NCBI GenBank assembly: GCA_964385285.1
Contig: CAYLOJ010000004.1
Span: forward strand, 7,736 to 71,735
Direction: 5' to 3'
DNA length: 64,000 bases
DNA from: an uncultured Gammaproteobacteria bacterium
GTDB taxonomy: Bacteria > Patescibacteriota > Patescibacteriia > UBA9570
Below, piece after piece: positions 19,855-29,865 of this stretch (its first letter is position 1; the number at the start of each line of letters is the position of its first letter). The notes beneath the pieces were generated by a model that saw nothing but the letters and a program-made list of their open reading frames with translations, was not told the DNA's origin and searched no databases. A program made the translations under genes and the position numbers.

Positions 19855-21175
19855 ATACGCGCACCTCTCCACGGCCACCAGCGCCACCATTGCCACCAGA
19901 TGTTGTGCCGCCACCGCCACCGCCGCCACCTGCACCTAACGCACCATCTCCTCCGATACTACCCGCGCTATCCGTATCTCCACCACCACCGCCGCCAGAA
20001 CCACCACAAGCACCTTTGTTACTGGCTGCACCATTACCACCAACTGCTGATGTGGCACCGCCAATACCGCCAATAGCACCACCACCAGAGGCATAACGAC
20101 CAGTAGTACTACCAGCTCCACCAGCTGTACCGGCGTTGGCTGTTGTTACACCACCACCAGCGCCACCACCAGGACATCCATACATCGATGATCCGCCAGT
20201 ACCGCCCGCTGCAGGTACAGCGGAGCTGCCTGCGCCACCGCCGCCACCCCACTCCGCACCAGCACCTGTTACTCCAATAGCTCCCTGTTGACCTTGACCA
20301 CCGAATGCAGCTGCAGCAGAAGCTCCTGGAGCACCGCCGGAAACTGCAGTCGTTCCTGTACCTGTTATACCTGCGCCAGCAGTACCGCCACCGCCGCCAC
20401 CAACTGAAATATTGGCTGCGATGCCGCCTTCACCGCCACCGCCACCGCCTGCAAAACACAAAGTGCCACCGAATGTCGAGTTTCCACCAGCGCCACCGGC
20501 TGTACCAGAAGCACTACTGCCACCGCCGCCGGCAGTTCCACCAACACCCACATTAACAGATTCTGTTGAACCAAGATCCGCTGCACTAAAGGTGCGTTCA
20601 GTCAGTGCGCCACCGCCGCCGCCGCCACCGCCAATACGTGCAGAGGCTGCCGCTCCACCGTTGCCGCCGCCACCGCCGCCACCGCCGCCAATACAGACTA
20701 CTTTTACAGTCGTAACCCCGGCTGGTTTATTCCAGGTGTTGGCGCCTGTTGCAGTAAAGATTTGGACATCTCCTATCTTTCCCCAAGTACCGTTTCCTTC
20801 CCAAAACGACCCGGCACCCGCATTCGTACCCCCGTTTAAATTATTTACTGATAGATCTCCTGTCACCCCATTTGCCAGATTCACTTGTGACCAGGCAGGA
20901 TTATTGCTACCACCGGTATTGGATAAATAACGGGTGGCGGTAGTATTTTTTGCCAAAGCAACAATGGTGTTCGCCGCGGAACCATATAAGAGATCTCCCT
21001 GAGCAATCGTATTTAAACCTGTACCGCCTTGCGATGGCGTGACCAAAACATCACCAACTTCCGACCACGTATGTCCAGGATTCGGAGCAGCTGCCATCGC
21101 AATTTTAATGACAGAGGTGGCAAGACAAATCAATAAAAAAACGGATAGGATTGGATTAAAATATTTGAGTCTCAT
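19844..21175 (-). CDS. Secreted glycine-rich fibre-like protein
   Basis: Signal peptide (AMA), QGGTG/NGGT spike-like motifs, then FTATGANTWNKPAG...VCIGGGGGGG and terminal GGRGEVRVYAW, like the Gly-rich domains of phage tail fibres. Confidence 0.78.
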   Translation of the reverse strand: MRLKYFNPILSVFLLICLATSVIKIAMAAAPNPGHTWSEVGDVLVTPSQGGTGLNTIAQGDLLYGSAANTIVALAKNTTATRYLSNTGGSNNPAWSQVNLANGVTGDLSVNNLNGGTNAGAGSFWEGNGTWGKIGDVQIFTATGANTWNKPAGVTTVKVVCIGGGGGGGGGNGGAAASARIGGGGGGGGALTERTFSAADLGSTESVNVGVGGTAGGGGSSASGTAGGAGGNSTFGGTLCFAGGGGGGEGGIAANISVGGGGGGTAGAGITGTGTTAVSGGAPGASAAAAFGGQGQQGAIGVTGAGAEWGGGGGAGSSAVPAAGGTGGSSMYGCPGGGAGGGVTTANAGTAGGAGSTTGRYASGGGAIGGIGGATSAVGGNGAASNKGACGGSGGGGGGDTDSAGSIGGDGALGAGGGGGGGGTTSGGNGGAGGRGEVRVYAW

Positions 21176-21251
21176 TCTTTACTATATATCACGCGCATAG
21201 ACATTAGGCAATTCAAAAAGGATCAGATAGAATATAGGAATTGATAATATT

Positions 21252-22172
21252 ATGAAGCTATTTAAACACTCTCGTCCTGCAATCGTCTCTACTCTCGGAT
21301 TACTACTTTTGGGATGTTGTTTTATTCCACGCGCAAGCTGGGCATTGGGAATTAGTCCGGCTAATCTGGAATATCAACAGATTAAGACGAATTCCATTAT
21401 CCATGGCCAACTCTTGGTTTCCGGCACAAATAGCGTGACTACTGATACGCTCAACATTACGGCTACTGGTGAAGCAGCTGGAGCAATTGAATTGCCAGTG
21501 AATCAGATTACATTAGCTCCGCAAACGACTACACCTATTAACTACTCAATCAATACGGCTGGCTTAGAGCCCGGTAACTACACAGCTGATCTTTCGATCG
21601 TTCAGGCAATATCTGAAAAAAAAGTCGAAGACAATACCTCTGCCGTACAGACTGGAGCCACTGTACATGTACAGTTTTCAGTAACCACTGAAGATATTCA
21701 TCAATTATCTATTGATGGTGTCGAACTACGCACTACTGAGCAACCGATCACTCTGCAGTATCGATTGATTAATGGAGGGAATGTGAGCGATCGACCACTC
21801 AGTGCGACCTTGGCCATACAGAATCTCTCCACACACGAATCAAGACTCCTGACGATTGATGATCTATCATGGGTTGATCCATTTAACTCAATATCAGCCA
21901 ACATTCAATTACCCAGCAATCTCTCTGGTGGCAATTACGCCATCAGCGTTCAATTTACGAGTAATGATGGTGAGACTCTCTACACAAGCAGTGAACAACA
22001 CTTTCAGATTCCACTGACCTGGTACGAAACCATCACCCGAGCCAGTACAGCTCACCCCGTCACTGGGTTCATGATCACATTGGGTTGTTTACTCATCAGT
22101 GGTGCTGGCTTTTGGCTATATCAGAAGCGCGCACGCAGCACGTCCACAAAGTCAGCCAAGCACTCTGCTTGA
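21252..22172 (+). CDS. Membrane-anchored Ig-like protein (third paralog)
   Basis: Signal peptide (SWA) then GISP, PGNY, NGGNV, C-terminal TM and basic tail. Confidence 0.75.
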   Translation: MKLFKHSRPAIVSTLGLLLLGCCFIPRASWALGISPANLEYQQIKTNSIIHGQLLVSGTNSVTTDTLNITATGEAAGAIELPVNQITLAPQTTTPINYSINTAGLEPGNYTADLSIVQAISEKKVEDNTSAVQTGATVHVQFSVTTEDIHQLSIDGVELRTTEQPITLQYRLINGGNVSDRPLSATLAIQNLSTHESRLLTIDDLSWVDPFNSISANIQLPSNLSGGNYAISVQFTSNDGETLYTSSEQHFQIPLTWYETITRASTAHPVTGFMITLGCLLISGAGFWLYQKRARSTSTKSAKHSA

Positions 22173-22197
22173 CATCGTTGTAAAAAGTGAGTACAAT
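22169..22197 (+). promoter_or_regulatory. Sigma70 promoter of guaB
   Basis: TTGACA-N17-TACAAT. Confidence 0.7.
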
Positions 22198-22209
22198 TCT
22201 TTTTAATAT

Positions 22210-23301
22210 ATGGCCGACATTTTAGATTTCCCTTTAGCCCTAACATTTGATGATGTTTTGCTGATTCCTCAAAAATCAGAGGTTTTGCCGCGCGATGTTA
22301 GCTTGCGCACAAAATTGACCAAATCCCTGTATTTAGAAATTCCACTATTATCGTCGCCCATGGATACCGTAACCGAAGCCTCTATGGCTATTGCCATGGG
22401 TAAAGAAGGTGGCCTGGGTATTTTGCATAAGAACATGGATGAGGACCAGCAAGTAGCAGAGGTCAAAAAGGTTAAACAAGCGGGTTTCTTGGCAGGCGCT
22501 GCGGTCAGCGTAGGTGAAAAAGCGATGCGTCGCGCTGAAGCGTTGATTGCTGCGCGCGTCGATGTTTTGGTGGTAGATAGCGCACATGGCCATTCTAAAG
22601 GAGTCATTGATATGGTGGCCTATTTGAAAAAAACCTATCCTACTATTCAGGTGATTGGTGGTAACGTCGCTACTCCAGAGGCCACAAAAGATCTGATCAA
22701 AGCAGGGGCAGATGCAGTTAAGGTAGGAATTGGTCCTGGTTCAATTTGTACGACTCGTATTGTGGCCGGTATCGGCGTTCCACAGCTCACGGCTATTATG
22801 ATGTGCGCAAAAGAAGCTAAGAAATCTGGTGTACCGATTATTGCCGATGGTGGCATCCGTTATTCTGGTGATATTGTGAAAGCGTTAGCGGCTGGTGCAA
22901 GCGCAGTGATGATGGGTGGTGTGCTAGCTGGTACTGATGAGGCTCCGGGTGAAGTAGTAGAAGACAAGGGTACTAAAATGAAGGTATATCGCGGAATGGG
23001 CTCACTGGAAGCAATGGAACGTGGTAGTAAAGATCGTTACTTACAAGAATCTGTAACCGAAGCTAAGAAACTGGTACCAGAAGGAATTGTTGGAAAAATT
23101 AAGTACAAAGGCCCTGTTGATACGGTCGTTTACCAGTTATTAGGTGGTTTGCGAGCTGGTTTAGGTTATTGTGGAGCCGAAACCATTGAAGAACTACACA
23201 AACGTGCCAAATTTGTCCGGATTACCAATGCTGGTATCCGCGAAAGCCATCCGCATAGTCTTTCCTACATTGCCGACGCTCCCAACTATACTTTAAATTA
23301 A
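22210..23301 (+). CDS. guaB: IMP dehydrogenase (short form, no CBS domains)
   Basis: [46 protein letters not shown] and VPEG. Confidence 0.96.
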   Translation: MADILDFPLALTFDDVLLIPQKSEVLPRDVSLRTKLTKSLYLEIPLLSSPMDTVTEASMAIAMGKEGGLGILHKNMDEDQQVAEVKKVKQAGFLAGAAVSVGEKAMRRAEALIAARVDVLVVDSAHGHSKGVIDMVAYLKKTYPTIQVIGGNVATPEATKDLIKAGADAVKVGIGPGSICTTRIVAGIGVPQLTAIMMCAKEAKKSGVPIIADGGIRYSGDIVKALAAGASAVMMGGVLAGTDEAPGEVVEDKGTKMKVYRGMGSLEAMERGSKDRYLQESVTEAKKLVPEGIVGKIKYKGPVDTVVYQLLGGLRAGLGYCGAETIEELHKRAKFVRITNAGIRESHPHSLSYIADAPNYTLN

Positions 23302-23312
23302 TTGTCGTTAAA

Positions 23313-24377
23313 TTAATTTGGTCCAAGTGATCGCTGCAATGCGCCGTAATCCTGCGCATTTTTTAGTTCACGAGAGATCGCTAAACTATGTTGTTGAAAT
23401 TCATCCTCAACTGCAAATAGTTGCTCTTGCAGACCGGCAATATCCCTATCTCCTTGTGCCACTAGGTCACGCAGACGATCTCGCTGATCAGCTGTTTTCA
23501 ATAATTGGACATTCGCTTTTAGTTCAAGAATCATCTCACGACGTAAAGCTACGCTCTGTAACTTAAATTCGGAAGCTTTTCTCCCTAATTCAATAAGCGC
23601 TTTTTTATTTGGTATTTCATCTGGCACATTTGTACCTAGCTTCTGATACAGTACAGCAAACTCTTCGTCAGAGATTAACTCCTGTTCTACACGATGCATC
23701 ACTAATTCATAGTAACGTGTGGCCCGGACATTATACTCGCGGTCAGGCAGATCTTGCCGCGGTTTATCTGGAGGCAACGTTAACATCTTTACTTCTGGTA
23801 GCGCTAACATCTGGCGATAAGCATCATGAGCTGCTTGATAAAAGGCGGTCACCTCTGGACTATTCGAGGGCGCAGACAACTCTGCATCAATCAATAAATC
23901 ATTCATTCGTGCTAAAACCATCCCCCGCTCCTGCAGCAAATTCATCGGAACATTATTGGTAGTAGCCAACGAATCCTGCAGGGCTTGCGGTGCTGGTTCT
24001 TCTCCGTCCATATCTGACATTGCTATCTGCTCAAATGCGCTTACCAACTGATCAAGACGTTGATCGCAAGCTTCCCGCATTTTCTGATTCAGATCGAGCA
24101 GTTGAGTAGAACAATCAACCAGTGCCTGGCCATTTTTAAATTCGGTTCGCTTTGAAAAAATGGATAATCTAAATTCAACAATTGCATCTTGATCTCGACT
24201 GATTTCTTCCTTGCGACTGATCAAACTCCAGCGCTGTCTATCATTGCTGGCTAATGCTTCACGGTATTTGGAATTTTCTTTTTTCCAGCCTTTGTCTTCC
24301 TCTTGGTCAGCATGATCAGCTGATCCTTCTGCTTCATTATTGTGATCTGGTTTTTTTGTTTCTAATCTTTGTGTCAT
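23313..24377 (-). CDS. Hypothetical alpha-helical/coiled-coil protein
   Basis: Long charged helical ORF with its own TTGACT-N17-TATTCT promoter 6 nt before MTQRLE. Confidence 0.7.
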   Translation of the reverse strand: MTQRLETKKPDHNNEAEGSADHADQEEDKGWKKENSKYREALASNDRQRWSLISRKEEISRDQDAIVEFRLSIFSKRTEFKNGQALVDCSTQLLDLNQKMREACDQRLDQLVSAFEQIAMSDMDGEEPAPQALQDSLATTNNVPMNLLQERGMVLARMNDLLIDAELSAPSNSPEVTAFYQAAHDAYRQMLALPEVKMLTLPPDKPRQDLPDREYNVRATRYYELVMHRVEQELISDEEFAVLYQKLGTNVPDEIPNKKALIELGRKASEFKLQSVALRREMILELKANVQLLKTADQRDRLRDLVAQGDRDIAGLQEQLFAVEDEFQQHSLAISRELKNAQDYGALQRSLGPN

Positions 24378-24418
24378 GGTTATAGAATAACACAAAAAAC
24401 TATGAAAGTCAAGTATAA

Positions 24419-25807
24419 CTAAACCTTTACGCGTTTGCGTAACGTCTGATGATGTGACTCGAGCTGATCTAACAGCTCGCTTTCATTTACAAAATTGTGG
24501 CGACGACCAGTGATCACAAAGCGTCCATTCACCATCACGTCACGAGCCGTATAGCCACCATGTGTAATGAAATTTCCTAATAAGGTTTGCGGTTGTCGTG
24601 GATCAAACGGTACGAACATCCGATCTTTCAATTTCCAGAAGGTAAGATCGGCTTTATATCCAGGTAGGATTTTTCCAATTTGCTTACCCAAACCAACCAC
24701 ATTAGCACCATTGCTGGTTAACATTAAAAATAGCTCTTCAAATGTGGCTGGATATTTTGTATCTTGGTGCATCAATTTTCCTTGAAATGCCTCAGACACA
24801 AGATCTAGCTTACTCTTCGAGATTACACTATCCGTGCCAAGCGCTAACCGATCTCCGGCTCCGGCTACAACATAATTCCCGTAAGGAAACTGCCCGGATT
24901 TATGTAAGCGATTTGAAGTGGGCAAATGAACAATACCAACCTTATATTTGGCTAACAATTGTATTTCATCTGTGGTGAAATGTACCGCATGTGATAATAC
25001 TAACCGGGGCGATAACAGTTTAGCCTTAGCTAACACCTCAATCGGACGCAGCCCATGTTTATGTACAATCGCAGCTACCTCTGCCAACGTTTCCCCACAA
25101 TGAATAGTCAATATTACTTTGGGGTGTTTGGCTAGCCATTGCTGAATTTTAACCAACTCCTTCATGTCGGTGCGCTGCAAAGTATGGATCGTAATTCCGT
25201 GAGTGATTAATTGATCAGTGATTTTTAATGCCTTAGTGGCTTTAGCCAGATTAGCGCTAGGATCAGTTTTGCTAGCCACACTGATGGCATCCACCAGACG
25301 AATATATGATCGTCGTGCGGCTGCTGTGGTAGCCTCCGGCGTATGATAATGTGACAATACCGTGGTTGTCCCAAACTTCTGTTCTTCCGTAAAATCTCCA
25401 ATGGCAGCAATGGTTTGATCTTCCACAGACATGGCACGTTCAACTTTGCGTGCGATCTGCAATGCCTCTTCTGTCGAAGCCTGATGATTATGCAGTAAGG
25501 TTGTAGAACGCAACAGATACATTGGCGGATGGGCATGAGCATTTACAAAACCAGGCATCACTAATACACCACCGCGCAAACCTGCATTGTAGATTAAATC
25601 GGCTTTGGCTCGGTAATTACCTGCGGCTTTCGTGGGTACAATATCTTTGATCGTATCTCCTTCAACATAGATCGAAACGTGTTTACGGTATTTGACCTGA
25701 TTCCGTTCATCGGCACTCACCGTAAATGGAATATGGTCGATCAGAATACTGTGTGGCAAGGATTGCGCAGTTCTCCAAATGTAGCGGTCGGCATGATCAT
25801 GTTTCAT
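24419..25807 (-). CDS. Metal-dependent amidohydrolase (MTA/SAH- or guanine-deaminase-like)
   Basis: PGFVNAHAH, GTTT, IHCGET, SHAVH, LGTDS and G.I.PGYKAD. Confidence 0.85.
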   Translation of the reverse strand: MKHDHADRYIWRTAQSLPHSILIDHIPFTVSADERNQVKYRKHVSIYVEGDTIKDIVPTKAAGNYRAKADLIYNAGLRGGVLVMPGFVNAHAHPPMYLLRSTTLLHNHQASTEEALQIARKVERAMSVEDQTIAAIGDFTEEQKFGTTTVLSHYHTPEATTAAARRSYIRLVDAISVASKTDPSANLAKATKALKITDQLITHGITIHTLQRTDMKELVKIQQWLAKHPKVILTIHCGETLAEVAAIVHKHGLRPIEVLAKAKLLSPRLVLSHAVHFTTDEIQLLAKYKVGIVHLPTSNRLHKSGQFPYGNYVVAGAGDRLALGTDSVISKSKLDLVSEAFQGKLMHQDTKYPATFEELFLMLTSNGANVVGLGKQIGKILPGYKADLTFWKLKDRMFVPFDPRQPQTLLGNFITHGGYTARDVMVNGRFVITGRRHNFVNESELLDQLESHHQTLRKRVKV

Positions 25808-25829
25808 GGTTGTAGTATAACATATAACC

Positions 25830-25857
25830 AAAAATCCCCTCCTGGACAGGAGGGGAT
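25830..25857 (-). terminator. Intrinsic terminator of rpoBC
   Basis: ATCCCCTCCT/AGGAGGGGAT 10-bp stem followed by a T run on the minus strand. Confidence 0.75.
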
Positions 25858-25884
25858 AAATCACGCAGTGATTTTGGGGAGGTG

Positions 25885-28800
25885 TTAAATCTCCATGGCG
25901 GCCGCAGCTTGCTCAGCTTCGCGACGTTCGCGGGCTTTCGCAGCACGATTTTCGCGGATTGCCTTTTCTTCTGCTTCCACCTTTGCAGCCATAGCTTGGT
26001 GATCGACGCCATAACCGGTACCAACTGGAATCAGTTTACCGATAATCACGTTTTCTTTTAGACCACGCAAGAAATCTACTTTACCAGTAACTGCCGCATC
26101 GATTAAGACGCGAGCTGTTTCTTGGAAAGAGGCGGCAGACAAGAAGCTGTCCGTCGACAAGGAAGCTTTGGTAATTCCTAAGAGAATATTTTCTACTTCA
26201 GGGATCTTACCTTTGCGCTCTTTCACCTCATCTACGGCTTCTAGGTAAGCATCACGAGTGATAACATCACCGGCGACTAAATCAGAATCGCCTGATTCGA
26301 CAATACGATAACGTGAGAACATGGAACGTACAATCGTTTCAACGTGTTTATCGTTTAATTTCTGACCTTGTGACGAATAGATGTACTGAATCTCTTTCAA
26401 GATATACTGTTCAATGGCTTCACGACCACGTAAGGCGAACAGTTCTTGTAGATCCAAGTTACCTTCACTCAATTGCTGACCACGGACCACGAGATCACCG
26501 GGTTTAACCCAGATGCTGTAACCCACTGGAACTGGTAATTCAGCAACTTGTTCACGTTCACTAAAGATTTGAATCTCTTTATCCGTTAAGGTCACTGTGC
26601 CACCGGTAGTAGCAACCACTGGTTTGCCAGCTTTTTCAGCGATCGTATCGCCCTCAACTACTTTCTGACCATCCTTCACCATCAACTTCATGGTTTTGGT
26701 ACGACGGTGAATTTCTTTTGAGTTGCGAACCGCTTTGATAGTGATCACCTTCTGCTTGCCAGTTTCGATAATATCATCAATGGTACCATCCACATCAGAT
26801 AAGATCGCTTTACGCTTAATTGGGCGCGCTTCAAATAATTCTTCAACGCGAGGTAAGCCTTGGGTAATATCTCCACCAGCAACACCACCAGTATGGAAGG
26901 TACGCATGGTCAGCTGAGTACCAGGTTCACCAATAGATTGAGCGGCGATGATACCTACCGCTGTACCAATTGCGACCAGTTTATTGTGACCAAGATCATA
27001 ACCATAGCACAGTTGGCACACACCACGCTGAGTAGCACAGGTTAGCACTGAACGTAAACGCACAGATTTCAATTTGGCCTTTTCTAAAGCTGGCAAGTGA
27101 CTTTCTGTAATCAGTTCATTACGTTTGGCAATGATCTCTTTACCATCTTTCACATCTTCAGCTACTACACGACCGATCATGCGACTAGCTAAGGATTGAC
27201 CCATCTCTTCACTTTCTTCAAAGGTGACTAGGCGGCCATCTTTGGTACCGCAATCCATCTCGCGAGTAATGACATCTTGAGCAACGTCGATTAAACGACG
27301 CGTCAGATAACCGGCATTAGCTGTACGTAAGGCGGTATCCGTTAACCCTTTACGTGCACCATGAGTGGAAATGAAGTATTCCAATACATCAAACCCTTCT
27401 TTAAATGAAGACTTCACTGGTAACTCGATGGTATCACCAGTTGAGTTAATCACTAAGCCTTTCATACCCATCATCTGAGTCAACTGACCCCAAGAACCAC
27501 GAGCACCAGAATCAATCATGGCGAAGGCAGAGCTATTTTCATCTAACGCATTCTGACAATAACCTTGGACTTCATTTTTAACACGTGTCCAGATTTCAAT
27601 GACGCGCACACGTCGTTCTTCGTCTGTCAGTAAGCCCATTTCGTATTGACTATGTACTTCATCAACCTGAGCTTCACCACGTGTCATGATCTCTTTCTTC
27701 TGGGTCAATACTGGTGTGTCATCCATACCCCAACTGAGGCCAGATTTAGTCACATACTCAATCGCACGATCCTTAATATCATCGATCAATGTCACTGTAC
27801 GTTCGTTACCGAACATCGCGAAGACACGAGCAATAATATTTTTCAATTCTTTCTTATCCACCAAGATATTCACGAATCCTAACTCATTTGGAATTAACTC
27901 ATTGAACAAGATGCGACCAGCTGAGGTTTCAATTAACGTACCCTCTAGTTTTAGCCAGACGCGAGTTTGTAATTGAATACGATCCGTTTGGTAGGCCAAC
28001 AATACCTCATCAAAATCTGCGAAGTAGAGTTTTTTACCATTGGTGGTATCCCGTAGCAACGTCATGAAGTAACAACCCAGAACGATATCCTGCGAAGGAG
28101 TGACGACTGGTTCACCGGTAGCTGGCTTCAACAAGTTCTTGGAAGATAGCATTAAGTTGGCAGCTTCTTCTTTTGCTTCGGCTGTGAGTGGAACGTGTAC
28201 AGCCATTTGGTCACCATCAAAGTCCGCATTAAACGCAGTACATACTAAGGGGTGAATTTGAATGGCTTTACCTTCGATGAGCACTGGCTGGAAAGCCTGA
28301 ATACCCAAACGATGTAAGGTTGGAGCACGGTTTAATAGTACATGTGATGTACGAGTAATTTCTTCGAGAATATCCCAAACTTCAGCACGACCAGATTCAA
28401 TAAAGCGGTTAGCGCTACGTACATTGTAGACGTATTCACGTTCGATCAATTTGGAGATCACGAATGGACGGAATAGTTCCAAAGCCATGCGTTTTGGCAG
28501 ACCACATTGATTTAATTTCAAATGTGGACCAACCACGATAACGGAACGACCAGAGTAGTCGACACGTTTACCGAGCAAGTTCTGACGGAAACGACCTTGT
28601 TTACCTTTTAACATGTCAGCCAACGATTTCAACATACGTTTCTGGCCAGTCGCCGCAGTCACAGTTTTGCCATGACGAGCACCATTGTCGATCAAGGCAT
28701 CGACCGCTTCTTGCAACATGCGCTTTTCATTGCGCTGAATAACTTCAGGAGCATTTAACTCTTTCAAACGCTTTAAGCGATTATTGCGATTAATAACACG

Positions 28801-29847
28801 GCGATACAGATCGTTCAAATCAGAAGCAGCAAAGCGACCACCATCTAATTGCACCATCGGGCGCAAGTCTGGTGGAATAACTGGAACAGTCACCATAATC
28901 ATCGAACTAGGTTCGATCTTATTTTTCTTCAAGTTCTTAGCCAACTTCAATCGACGAATAATCCGTTGCGCCTGATTCTTGGAGACCGTTTTCATCTCCT
29001 CTTCAAGCATCGGAATCATTTCATCTAGTTTGACGCGGTTGAGTAGTTCATGAATAGCTTCAGCACCGATACTAGCTTCAAACAGATGACCATATTTCAA
29101 TGACAAGTCTTGATATTTGGTTTCTGAAATAATTTGCATGGGTTTAAGATCACGCAATTCTTTCTTCGCCATATCCACAGCATCATCGAGATCATTCAAC
29201 TTTTCATCACGCATGATAGAAGCATTAACTAGCTCTGCCTCATAGTGATCAGCTACTTTCTTCTTCTTACCATCAGCTGTTTCCTTAGCTACAGCATCAT
29301 CACGTTGCTGTTTTAGCTGAGTAATCACGCGATTGTTTTCAGCTTTGATTGCTTTGCGTTTCTGCTCAGCTTCCACATCAATCTGCTCGATCGTCTGAGC
29401 TTTCATCTCTTCATTTACATCGCTGATAATGAAGTTAGCAAAGTAGATGACCTTTTCTAAAGACTGGACAGACAGATCCAAAATCAAACCAATCTTGGAA
29501 GGAACGCCACGAAGGAACCAAATGTGAGATACTGGAGCGGCTAAATCGATATGACCCATGCGTTCACGACGAACGATGGAACGTGTGACCTCTACTCCAC
29601 ATTTATCGCAAACAATTCCTTTGTAACGAATTTTTTTATACTTACCACAGTAGCATTCCCAATCCTTAGATGGACCGAAAATCTTCTCACAGAACAAACC
29701 ATCTTTTTCAGGTTTTTGGGTACGGTAGTTGATGGTTTCAGGGCGGGTGACTTCACCATGAGACCACTCGTGGATCTCATCCGGGGACGCAATCTTAAGA
29801 CGGATGGCGTCGAAATCGTTGGTACGTGTAACTTGATATTCAGACAT
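25885..29847 (-). CDS. rpoC: RNA polymerase beta' subunit
   Basis: Zn-finger CYCGKY...[23 protein letters not shown] and [13 protein letters not shown]. Confidence 0.99.
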   Translation of the reverse strand: MSEYQVTRTNDFDAIRLKIASPDEIHEWSHGEVTRPETINYRTQKPEKDGLFCEKIFGPSKDWECYCGKYKKIRYKGIVCDKCGVEVTRSIVRRERMGHIDLAAPVSHIWFLRGVPSKIGLILDLSVQSLEKVIYFANFIISDVNEEMKAQTIEQIDVEAEQKRKAIKAENNRVITQLKQQRDDAVAKETADGKKKKVADHYEAELVNASIMRDEKLNDLDDAVDMAKKELRDLKPMQIISETKYQDLSLKYGHLFEASIGAEAIHELLNRVKLDEMIPMLEEEMKTVSKNQAQRIIRRLKLAKNLKKNKIEPSSMIMVTVPVIPPDLRPMVQLDGGRFAASDLNDLYRRVINRNNRLKRLKELNAPEVIQRNEKRMLQEAVDALIDNGARHGKTVTAATGQKRMLKSLADMLKGKQGRFRQNLLGKRVDYSGRSVIVVGPHLKLNQCGLPKRMALELFRPFVISKLIEREYVYNVRSANRFIESGRAEVWDILEEITRTSHVLLNRAPTLHRLGIQAFQPVLIEGKAIQIHPLVCTAFNADFDGDQMAVHVPLTAEAKEEAANLMLSSKNLLKPATGEPVVTPSQDIVLGCYFMTLLRDTTNGKKLYFADFDEVLLAYQTDRIQLQTRVWLKLEGTLIETSAGRILFNELIPNELGFVNILVDKKELKNIIARVFAMFGNERTVTLIDDIKDRAIEYVTKSGLSWGMDDTPVLTQKKEIMTRGEAQVDEVHSQYEMGLLTDEERRVRVIEIWTRVKNEVQGYCQNALDENSSAFAMIDSGARGSWGQLTQMMGMKGLVINSTGDTIELPVKSSFKEGFDVLEYFISTHGARKGLTDTALRTANAGYLTRRLIDVAQDVITREMDCGTKDGRLVTFEESEEMGQSLASRMIGRVVAEDVKDGKEIIAKRNELITESHLPALEKAKLKSVRLRSVLTCATQRGVCQLCYGYDLGHNKLVAIGTAVGIIAAQSIGEPGTQLTMRTFHTGGVAGGDITQGLPRVEELFEARPIKRKAILSDVDGTIDDIIETGKQKVITIKAVRNSKEIHRRTKTMKLMVKDGQKVVEGDTIAEKAGKPVVATTGGTVTLTDKEIQIFSEREQVAELPVPVGYSIWVKPGDLVVRGQQLSEGNLDLQELFALRGREAIEQYILKEIQYIYSSQGQKLNDKHVETIVRSMFSRYRIVESGDSDLVAGDVITRDAYLEAVDEVKERKGKIPEVENILLGITKASLSTDSFLSAASFQETARVLIDAAVTGKVDFLRGLKENVIIGKLIPVGTGYGVDHQAMAAKVEAEEKAIRENRAAKARERREAEQAAAAMEI

Positions 29848-29865
29848 ATATTGATGCGTTACCGG

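Noticed and set aside
19890-20930. Pro-rich plus-strand ORFs (19890..20096, 20412..20930)
   Set aside because: Antisense shadows of the poly-Gly codons of 19844..21175.
19844-21175. Prophage remnant
   Set aside because: The protein has a signal peptide, and there are no capsid, terminase, integrase or other phage genes around it.
22210-23301. guaB lacking CBS domains as a truncation
   Set aside because: CBS-less IMPDH is a known functional form, and all catalytic motifs are intact.
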